The position numbers were made by a program, and so were the translations under genes. DNA of 64,000 nt from Vicinamibacterales bacterium (lineage in GTDB: Bacteria > Acidobacteriota > Vicinamibacteria > Vicinamibacterales > UBA8438): contig OZ244900.1 in assembly GCA_965221595.1 (NCBI GenBank), positions 2,342,687 through 2,406,686 of the forward strand. Direction: 5' to 3'. Below, piece by piece: positions 45,355 through 53,251 of this stretch; positions within the stretch are counted from its first letter, which is position 1, and each line of letters begins with the position of its first letter. Under the pieces are notes generated by a model. It ran no database searches. It had not been told where the DNA came from and saw only the letters and a list, made by a program, of their open reading frames with translations.

Positions 45355-48300
45355 ATGGCACGCGACGACAGCGTCCTGCCGGCCGGCCATCGGTTCTCGC
45401 ACTACCGCGTTCAGCGGGTCCTTGGACGCGGCGGCTTCGGCGTCACCTACCTCGCGATCGACGAGCGCGGGGGCCGGCAGGTGGCGGTCAAGGAGTTCTT
45501 TCCCGGCGAGTGCGCCGTACGCCGGGACGGGCAGGTGCTCGCGCGGCCCGGTGCCGAGCACGAGAATGCCTTCCGGTGGGGACTGAAGCGTTTTCGCGAC
45601 GAAGGACGCGTCCTGGCTCGCTTCGATCACCCGCACCTCGTGCGGGTGATCGGTGATTTCGAAGCGCACGGCACCGGCTACATCGTGATGGCCTACGTCG
45701 AGGGCAAGACGCTGTCGACGCGACTGGCCCGCGAGGGAACGCTGGACGAAGCGCGGTCGCTCGCCCTCGTCCTGCCCATCGTGGACGGGTTGGAGCAGGT
45801 GCACGCGGCTGACTACCTGCACCGCGACATCAAGCCGGGCAACATCGTGATCGGTGCGGACGGATCGCCGGTGCTGCTCGACTTCGGCGCGGCACGGCGG
45901 GCGCTCGGCGACCGCACGCGCAGTCTCACCGCGATCGTGTCAGACGGCTACGCGCCGATTGAACAGTACGCCCGCGACTCGCGGCAGGGGCCCTGGACCG
46001 ACATCTATGCGCTGGGCGCCGTGCTGTACCGCTGCCTGACCGGTCAGCCGGTACCCGAGGCGCCCGCGCGCGCCACCGCGGACGAACTCGTGCCGTTGGG
46101 GGAGGCAGCGCCCGCGCCGCCGAGCCAGGCCATCCAGGAGGCCGTGCATGCGGCGCTGGCCGTCAACGGCCGCGACCGCCCGCAGTCCCTGGCCGAGTGG
46201 CGGGAGATGTTGTCGGCGTCGCCGGCCGCGCCGGCGAAAGACAACGTCGCGGAGCGTAACGTGGCGGAGCGGGACGCCGGCGGGGCGGCGGCGGACGACG
46301 TGGCGGAGCACGACATCGGCGGAGCGACGGCGCGCGACGTGGTGGAGCGGGACACCGGCGGAGCGACGGCCGGCCCGGCGCCGGAGGCTCGGCGCGAGTA
46401 CGCGGACGATCTCGCGGGGCAGCGGCAACGACTCGTCGACTGGGTGCGACACCAACTCGTCGGCCCCACCGACCCCGACGAGATCCACGGTTCGCCCGTC
46501 GAGCGCTTTCCGATCGGCGTGCTGCACCCCATCAATCCGGACGGCTCGGGCGCGACCGGCGTCGACCCTGCCGAGCCGGAAGTGAACCCCGACAGCCGGG
46601 GTTCCGGAGCCGCGGCGTCGTCGCCGGACGGCGCCGACCTGACAGCCCCGCCGGCCGACGACGAGGACGACGAATCGCACGACGGCGACGAAGGTGGATC
46701 GCGCAGTGAGGTGGCGCGGCCGGTAGGTCGCCGCCGCTACGCGCCACCGTCCTCGGTTGGAGTGTCCTTCTATGTGCGCGGTGAAGCCCAGTTGCGTATC
46801 AGCGCGTCGGCCGCGAGCTATCGACGGGTGACCAACCGAGGCGAATCGGGCCGTTACCAGCGTCAGACGCCGGACAGCGATGCAGTCGGCGCCGGACGAA
46901 CCCCCGACAGCGCTGGCCGCCGTCGGGATGAGCGCGGCGCGGGCACCGCGCCGACCTCTTTCGACGCGGAGGCACGAGCACCCGAGGACGCCGCCCCGGG
47001 CGGCGGCGCGCGCTACCAGCGGACGGCCATCGAATGCGGTCTGCTCTGGCCCTCGGGAGAGGGCGAGACGCCGACCGGCGTCGAGCGGGACGTGCGGCGC
47101 CGGCCGTACCGGGGCGGTGACGCGCTGACCGCCGCCTTCTCGCAGGCGGAGGCGGTCGGGTGGAAGACGCAGCTCGACGTGCGGCGCCGCCCCTACGGAG
47201 ACGGGCACATCCTGACCGTGGTCTTCGCCAACCGGCAGCGCGAAGCGCCCCCCGGCACGGAACGCGCCCACCGCCGCCTGTTCGAGGTCCAACTGGAGTG
47301 CGAGGTCGAGGCCGGGGAGCTAACCGAGTACCCGCGGGTGGACCCCGCCTTGCTCACCGATGAGGAACAAGAGATCGAGCTGCAGCACCGCCACCGACCC
47401 ATCTACGCTATCGGCCACGGCGTGGCCGCGGAGTGGTCGATCGCGGGGCGCCGGCGGCCGCGCATCTGGACCGACTGCATGCCCACGGTCGAAGTGCCGG
47501 TGGTGACCCAGGAAATCCCGGACCTCGACCCGGACCTGCTGGTCCTGCTCGACCTCGCCGAGGCGCCGGCCGGGACGGTCCTCGCCCGCCTGGAAACTTT
47601 CGTGAACCGCTACGGCGAATGGGTGGACGGGCAGCGCGCGTCGGCGGAGAGCTTCGTCGGCGGCGAAGGCGAGGCGGCGCGACGAATCTGCGCACGGATG
47701 GACGCGGCAAGCGAACGGATGCGGGGAGGCGTGGCCCGCTTGCGTCGCAGCGACGAGGCCCTGGAGGCGTTCCGGCTGGCGAACCGCGCGATGTTCGACC
47801 AGATGTGCCAGGACCGCGTGCAGAAGAAGCTGGATTCCTCCTCTGACGAAGGCTTCGACCACCAAGTGAACCGCGTGCGCGAGGAGCGCGATGTCCGCCG
47901 GTATCGTTGGCGTCCGTTCCAGTTGGCGTTCCTGCTGGCCGTCATCGAATCGACGATCGACGAGGCGGATCCTTGCCGGGGCGTGCTCGACCTGATCTGG
48001 TTTCCCGCCGGCGGCGGCAAGACCGAGGCCTATCTCGGGCTGTTCGCCTTCCTCGCGATGTGGCGGCGGCTGCGATACGGCGAGGACGGCGGGGGCGTCG
48101 CGGTGCTCATGCGCTATACGCTGCGGCTGCTCACGCGGCAACAGTTCGAACGGGCGGCGCGCATCGTCTGCGCGCTCGAGTTGCTGCGGCGGCGGGACGA
48201 AGCGAGACTCGGCGTCGAGCCGGTCTCGGTCGGGCTCTGGGTGGGCGGCGCGGCCAGCCCCAACACCCATGAGGAGGCGGCGGCGAAGGTGGCGGACATG

Positions 48301-49965
48301 GTGGAGGCTGGGTCCGCCGCCGGCGCCCACGACCTCGTCCTGCAAGCGTGCCCCTGGTGTGGCCGGCCGTTCAACGCCCCCGACAGCTACCGGACCGGGC
48401 CCGCCGAGTTCCACTTCCTGTGCCGGAACTCCGCGTGCGACTTCGGCACCGGGGAGCCGCTGCCCTGCAACGTCGTCGACGAAGCGTTGTACGAACGGCC
48501 GCCGACGCTGCTCGTGGGCACGATCGACAAGTTCGCGCGGCTGGCCTGGGAAGAACGCGCGGCCGCGTTCTTCGGCCGTGGCGGCCGGCGGCCGCCGGAA
48601 CTGGTGATCCAGGACGAGCTGCACCTGATCGCGGGTCCCCTCGGTTCGGTGGCGGGCCTCTACGAGGCGGCCATCGAAACGGTGCTGGAGCGGCGGGGCG
48701 CCCGACCCAAGTATGTCGCCTCGACCGCCACCATCCGCATGGCCCGCGAACAGGTCGAACGCCTGTACGGCCGCACGATCGCAGTCTTCCCACCGCCAGG
48801 CCTGTCCGCCGACGACTCGTGGTTCGCGCGCAACGACGTTGCGCAGCCGGGACGGCTGTATATCGGCCATCTCGCGCCGGGGCTCGACCAGCAGCACTGC
48901 CTCGCCCCGCTCGCGGCGACCCTGCTCGCCGCCCCGCCGATCCTGTTCGCCGACCAGCGGGACGCCGCCGACCTGCTCGACGCGTGGTGGACGCTGGTGG
49001 TCTACCACGGGAGCCTGCGCGGCGTCGGCACCAGCCATATTGCCTTCGAAACGGACGTGCGCGACTTCCTGCGGCGCCTCGAGGCGGAGCGGCGCCAGGC
49101 CACCCGCGAAGGCCGGGAGCCGGACACGCCCGGCGGCGGCCGCGACGAGGCGCGCGGCGAGCCGGTCGTTGCGCAGCTCACGAGCCAGTCGTCGCCTCAG
49201 GAGAACGCGCGCACGTTCGACAAGTTGGCGGCGCGGCGCAGCGCGGCCGACTGCCTGGACGCGGTGCTGGCTACGAACATGATCTCGGTGGGCGTCGACG
49301 TCGACCGCCTCGCCGTCATGGTCGTCAACGGCCAGCCGTTCACCACCGCGGAGTACATTCAGGCCAGCAGTCGCATCGGCCGCGCCCTGGTGCCCGGCCT
49401 CGTCTTCGCCAACTACTACCGCCACCAGGCGCGCAGTCTGTCCCACTACGAAAATTTCCGCCCCTATCACGAGTCGTTCTACCGTTTCGTCGAGCCGACC
49501 AGCGTGACGCCGTTCACCTACCAGGTGCGCAAGCGTGCGCTTCACGCAGCCCTCGTCATTGCCCTGCGCCATGGCTGCCAAGACTGGCGCCCCAACGACG
49601 CCGCCGCCCGCTTCGACCCCGACCACGCGGGGGCCAAGGCGGTCGTCGAGGCACTGAAGCAGCGTTGCCGCAAGGCCGCGGGCGCGGCGGGAGACGAGAC
49701 GGCGGCGCACCTCGACCGGCTCGTCGGCGAATGGCGCGATGAGGCAGCGCGGTGCAAGAGCGAGTGCCGTGGCCTGCAGTACCATTGCCGCGACAAGTCC
49801 CAGGACAGCCTGCTCGTTGCGTTCGACCGCGCGGAGCGGGGCTGCTGGAAGACACTCCATTCGATGCGCAACGTCGAGGACACGGCGGTGTTGCAGGCCG
49901 AACGGCTGGCCCGCCACGGCACGTCCGGGAGTGGGGTCCGGGAAGCGTGGCGAGATGGCCGATGA
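45355..49965 (+). CDS. Ser/Thr protein kinase fused to a DrmA-like DExH (SF2) helicase, 1536 aa
   Basis: Kinase:
- GRGGFGVTY
- VAVKEF (Lys codon 45490-45492)
- HRDIKPGN (45820-)
- DFG (45880-45888)
- GYAPIEQ

Helicase:
- WFPAGGGKTEAYLGL (about 48010)
- LVIQDELHLI (48610-48624)
- YVASTATI
- ATNMISVGVDVDRL
- YIQASSRIGR (about 49360)
- CPWC...CRNSAC zinc-ribbon insertion (48349-48438)

The N-terminal helicase-associated region (RYAPPSSVGVSFYV, IYAIGHGVAAEW) resembles what I recall of DISARM DrmA-type proteins. Confidence 0.9.
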   Translation: MARDDSVLPAGHRFSHYRVQRVLGRGGFGVTYLAIDERGGRQVAVKEFFPGECAVRRDGQVLARPGAEHENAFRWGLKRFRDEGRVLARFDHPHLVRVIGDFEAHGTGYIVMAYVEGKTLSTRLAREGTLDEARSLALVLPIVDGLEQVHAADYLHRDIKPGNIVIGADGSPVLLDFGAARRALGDRTRSLTAIVSDGYAPIEQYARDSRQGPWTDIYALGAVLYRCLTGQPVPEAPARATADELVPLGEAAPAPPSQAIQEAVHAALAVNGRDRPQSLAEWREMLSASPAAPAKDNVAERNVAERDAGGAAADDVAEHDIGGATARDVVERDTGGATAGPAPEARREYADDLAGQRQRLVDWVRHQLVGPTDPDEIHGSPVERFPIGVLHPINPDGSGATGVDPAEPEVNPDSRGSGAAASSPDGADLTAPPADDEDDESHDGDEGGSRSEVARPVGRRRYAPPSSVGVSFYVRGEAQLRISASAASYRRVTNRGESGRYQRQTPDSDAVGAGRTPDSAGRRRDERGAGTAPTSFDAEARAPEDAAPGGGARYQRTAIECGLLWPSGEGETPTGVERDVRRRPYRGGDALTAAFSQAEAVGWKTQLDVRRRPYGDGHILTVVFANRQREAPPGTERAHRRLFEVQLECEVEAGELTEYPRVDPALLTDEEQEIELQHRHRPIYAIGHGVAAEWSIAGRRRPRIWTDCMPTVEVPVVTQEIPDLDPDLLVLLDLAEAPAGTVLARLETFVNRYGEWVDGQRASAESFVGGEGEAARRICARMDAASERMRGGVARLRRSDEALEAFRLANRAMFDQMCQDRVQKKLDSSSDEGFDHQVNRVREERDVRRYRWRPFQLAFLLAVIESTIDEADPCRGVLDLIWFPAGGGKTEAYLGLFAFLAMWRRLRYGEDGGGVAVLMRYTLRLLTRQQFERAARIVCALELLRRRDEARLGVEPVSVGLWVGGAASPNTHEEAAAKVADMVEAGSAAGAHDLVLQACPWCGRPFNAPDSYRTGPAEFHFLCRNSACDFGTGEPLPCNVVDEALYERPPTLLVGTIDKFARLAWEERAAAFFGRGGRRPPELVIQDELHLIAGPLGSVAGLYEAAIETVLERRGARPKYVASTATIRMAREQVERLYGRTIAVFPPPGLSADDSWFARNDVAQPGRLYIGHLAPGLDQQHCLAPLAATLLAAPPILFADQRDAADLLDAWWTLVVYHGSLRGVGTSHIAFETDVRDFLRRLEAERRQATREGREPDTPGGGRDEARGEPVVAQLTSQSSPQENARTFDKLAARRSAADCLDAVLATNMISVGVDVDRLAVMVVNGQPFTTAEYIQASSRIGRALVPGLVFANYYRHQARSLSHYENFRPYHESFYRFVEPTSVTPFTYQVRKRALHAALVIALRHGCQDWRPNDAAARFDPDHAGAKAVVEALKQRCRKAAGAAGDETAAHLDRLVGEWRDEAARCKSECRGLQYHCRDKSQDSLLVAFDRAERGCWKTLHSMRNVEDTAVLQAERLARHGTSGSGVREAWRDGR
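46258..46374. repeat. Three imperfect in-frame 39-nt tandem repeats in the kinase-helicase linker
   Basis: Units aacgtggcggagcgggacgccggcggggcggcggcggac / gacgtggcggagcacgacatcggcggagcgacggcgcgc / gacgtggtggagcgggacaccggcggagcgacggccggc. They encode (N/D)V(A/V)E(R/H)D.GGA(A/T)A.. x3. Confidence 0.7.
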
Positions 49966-51817
49966 ACCCGTGCCGGTGCGGCTGTCCCACCTGCTGCGTG
50001 AGTGCGCGGTGGGCGCGGTGGTGCGCGGACCCGACTACCTCCTGACGGTCAAGGACACGCAGTCGTGGCCTCGCGGGGACCATCGCGACCTCAGGCACGT
50101 CAAGCAGGTGCGGCACGTCCTCGGTATCGACAAGGCCCTGCGGTCGCCGCCCACGGCGCGGATCGAAGAGGGCGGCGCTGTGAAGGGCGCATCCATTCCT
50201 GCCATGCGGTTCCCGGGCTGGACGCGCTGCCCCAGGTGCGGGTTGCTGCACTACCGCCCGTGGAAGCGGGTGGACACGGCCGGGCCGGAGCCCGGATTCC
50301 GGGCCCGACGCGGGGCGTGGACCTGTGAGGCACACGAGCACGGGAAGGACTGCGGCGGAAGACTGGAGCAGGTGCCTTGGGTGCTCGCCCACCGCGACGG
50401 CTACCTGGCGGACGTGCCCTGGCACAGCGTGGCGCATGCCGACAGCCGTCGCGCCGGCGCACAGGCGTGTCGCCCCGACTGGCAAAGTCCCTACCTGCAG
50501 GTGACGCCGCGTGGGCGCGGTCACGAAGTCCGGTGCCGGAAGTGCGAGGCGCGGGGCGGGTTGCCGCAGCGCTTTCCGTATGGCGAGGACACCTGGCAGC
50601 AGCCCTGGTTCCGCGAACCGCCCCCGGAACCGTCCGCCGAACTGGCGTGGGTGATCCCCATCAACGACGTGCGCGTCCACACCCCGGACACAGCGAACGC
50701 ACTTGTAATCCCCCCGGAGTCGCGCATCCGCCAGGGAACGGTCGTCGACCGTCTCTACGGGAGCAGCGAGAAGCAGCGGAGACTGCGCGACGCCCGACCG
50801 GGCCTGCCACGGAAGGCCGCCCTGAGGATCATTGCGCAGGAGTTCAACTGCACGGGGGACGAAGTCGAAGCGGCGTTGACGCAGATCGACAAAGGCTATC
50901 CCTTCGTCGATCCGTCCGGCTTCGCCGGCAACGCATGGCGCGGCGAGTACCGCGCCCTCGGGGAGGAAATCTCCGACCTGCGCGAGGACGAAGACTTCGT
51001 GACCCGCCATCTCCGCGCCGACTGGGATGCCCTCGTGCAGCGCCTCGAGGACGCGCCGCGCTGTATCGCCGCCGCCGTCGACCGGCTCGTGGCGGTCGAT
51101 CGGCTCAAGGAGATCATGGTGCTGAAGGGTTTCCGCCGGCTCGGGGGCGAGGCGGTAACACCTCCCGACTTGACCGGCGAGAGCACCTGGCTGCCGGCAC
51201 TGGACCTCTACGGCGAAGGCGTGTTCTTTACTCTGCAGGAGGAACGCCTGCGTCGCTGGGAGTCGGCGGAAGCTGTGCAGCACAGGGCCCGGGTATTCAG
51301 TGACCGTCTCGCCGGCGGCCCCGTGCGGCTGTCAGCTCAGCTGCAAGTCTCACCCCGCTTCCTGTTGCTGCACACGCTGGCCCACCTGCTGGTGCGCGAG
51401 CTCGAGACGGCGGCGGGCTATCCCGCGGCGTCGCTGAAGGAACGCATCTACAGCCACGCCGGAGACGGGGCTGAAGGGCCGCCGATGGCCGGTATTCTCG
51501 TCTACGTCGCGGTGCCCGACACCGAGGGCTCGCTCGGCGGTCTCACCCAGCAGGCGGAGCCGCCCCGGTTCCTGCGCCTGCTCACGGCGGCGGTCGACGC
51601 GGCCCGCTGGTGTTCGTTGGATCCGGTCTGCGGCGAGCAGGAGGGCCACGGCCCCGGTCTGCTCAACCGGGCCGCCTGTCATGCCTGCGCTCTCGTGCCG
51701 GAGCCGAGCTGCGCGTACGGCAACGTGCTCCTCGACCGCGCGTTCGTGGCGGGGGACGCGGACGGCCGCTGCCCCTCGTTGTTCGGGGCGCAGGCGCCGA
51801 CTGGCGGTGGCGTGTGA
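49955..51817 (+). CDS. DUF1998 (MZB)-domain protein, DrmB-like
   Basis: In frame in ORF 49739..51817. ATG at 49955 overlaps the last 11 nt of the kinase-helicase gene. N-terminal Cys-rich ribbons (CPRCG...C..H..G..C, CRKCEARG), then LLLHTLAHLLVRELE and the terminal CxxC...C cluster NRAACHACALVPEPSCAYGN.LLDR. Confidence 0.85.
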   Translation: MADEPVPVRLSHLLRECAVGAVVRGPDYLLTVKDTQSWPRGDHRDLRHVKQVRHVLGIDKALRSPPTARIEEGGAVKGASIPAMRFPGWTRCPRCGLLHYRPWKRVDTAGPEPGFRARRGAWTCEAHEHGKDCGGRLEQVPWVLAHRDGYLADVPWHSVAHADSRRAGAQACRPDWQSPYLQVTPRGRGHEVRCRKCEARGGLPQRFPYGEDTWQQPWFREPPPEPSAELAWVIPINDVRVHTPDTANALVIPPESRIRQGTVVDRLYGSSEKQRRLRDARPGLPRKAALRIIAQEFNCTGDEVEAALTQIDKGYPFVDPSGFAGNAWRGEYRALGEEISDLREDEDFVTRHLRADWDALVQRLEDAPRCIAAAVDRLVAVDRLKEIMVLKGFRRLGGEAVTPPDLTGESTWLPALDLYGEGVFFTLQEERLRRWESAEAVQHRARVFSDRLAGGPVRLSAQLQVSPRFLLLHTLAHLLVRELETAAGYPAASLKERIYSHAGDGAEGPPMAGILVYVAVPDTEGSLGGLTQQAEPPRFLRLLTAAVDAARWCSLDPVCGEQEGHGPGLLNRAACHACALVPEPSCAYGNVLLDRAFVAGDADGRCPSLFGAQAPTGGGV

Positions 51818-52077
51818 CGCTTGCGAGGCTAGAGTGCAGGGGACCGATCGAGATGGAAGGAACCGGGAGGGCGAAAGAGTGGGCACGTCAACCGCCGCGT
51901 GGACCAGCGTCGCCCGAGCCGGACGGTGAGCTGCCGGGCACTCGGGACTTGATCATGGAATGGATCAGAAGGGCGATAGACCGGGCACGTACCGGCGGCG
52001 CTGAACGTCAGGTTCATCCGCCTGAACGTCCGCAACCGCCGCAGCCACGCCCAGTGGGCGATCGAGGGAAACGTGAG

Positions 52078-53232
52078 ATGGCGAAGCGCAGGTTCGAGCT
52101 GCCGGGCATCCAGGACCTGAGCAAGGACCAGGACCGCGTGCTGGAACTGCCCAAGGAGGGACAGCACCTCGTCGTCGGGGGCCCCGGCACCGGCAAGACC
52201 ATCGTGGCCCTGCTGCGCGCCCGCCGCCACGAGCGAGACGGCGATTGTTACGAGTTCCTGGTCTATAACCACCTGCTGAAGGGGGCCAGCACCGGCCTCT
52301 TCGGCGGCGAGTTGTCGGGCAACACATGGACGGCGTGGTTCTTCCGGCAGTTCCGCGAAATCACCGGGCAGGCGGTACCGAAGAGGCCGGCGCCGAACCC
52401 GGGCGCGTTCGAGCCGATCGACTGGAACGGTATGGCCGAGATCGTCCGTGGCTGCCACCCCATCACCGATGCGCCGTTCCTTGTCATCGACGAGGGCCAG
52501 GACATGCCGCCCCAGTTCTACCACACCCTCGTGGACCTCGGCTACGAACGCTTCTTCGTGGCCGCGGACCAGAACCAGCAGCTCACTGAAGAGCACAGCA
52601 GCGTCCAGGACATCGCTGCGGCGCTAGCCATTGAGCCCGGCAACATCATCGAGTTAAAGGAGAACTACCGCAATAGCAGGCCCGTCGCGCGCTTGGCGCA
52701 AGCGTTCCGCACCGGCGACCCCACCAGCCCGCCGGTCGACCTGCCGACGACGTCCGGTGCTGCGGCCGTGCTCTACGACTACGCGCCGGAGGGGTTTGCG
52801 GACTGCTGCGGGCTCATCTTGAAGTTCGTCGACCGGGATCCGGCGAAACTGGTCGGCGTGATTGCCCCGAACAACAAGGTCAGGCAACGCTACGTTGACG
52901 GACTGCGGGACGCAGCCCGCTGCCTGGACAACGGTGCGCCCCGAATCGAGACGTTCTTCGGTGAGCATCGGCCGGCGGTACGGTGGGACGAGGGCGGCGT
53001 CCTCGTCATCAACGCGCAGACCTGCAAGGGGCTCGAGTTCGACGTGGCGGTGCTTTCCGACATCGACGCCCACTACGCGCCCGATCTCGACGCGCTGAAG
53101 AAGCGGTTCTACGTGATGGTAGCGAGAGCCCGCAACCAGGTGCTTCTGCTCCGCCGCCGGGGACGGAGCAGCGACGTCGACAGCAGTCTGCCGAACGACA
53201 AGGGCGTGCTGAAGCGCGAAGAGATCGTGTAG
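52078..53232 (+). CDS. Compact UvrD-like SF1 helicase/ATPase (about 384 aa)
   Basis: In frame in ORF 51610..53232. DQDRVLELP...HLVVGGPGTGKT (Walker A about 52177-52200), FLVIDEGQDM (Walker B), ENYRNS, and VINAQTCKGLEFDVAVL (UvrD_C-type motif). The start is ambiguous: ATG at 52078 (GAGGGA 8 nt upstream), or ATG at 51955 or 51853. Confidence 0.8.
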   Translation: MAKRRFELPGIQDLSKDQDRVLELPKEGQHLVVGGPGTGKTIVALLRARRHERDGDCYEFLVYNHLLKGASTGLFGGELSGNTWTAWFFRQFREITGQAVPKRPAPNPGAFEPIDWNGMAEIVRGCHPITDAPFLVIDEGQDMPPQFYHTLVDLGYERFFVAADQNQQLTEEHSSVQDIAAALAIEPGNIIELKENYRNSRPVARLAQAFRTGDPTSPPVDLPTTSGAAAVLYDYAPEGFADCCGLILKFVDRDPAKLVGVIAPNNKVRQRYVDGLRDAARCLDNGAPRIETFFGEHRPAVRWDEGGVLVINAQTCKGLEFDVAVLSDIDAHYAPDLDALKKRFYVMVARARNQVLLLRRRGRSSDVDSSLPNDKGVLKREEIV

Positions 53233-53251
53233 CGCAGGTAAAGGAAGTAGG

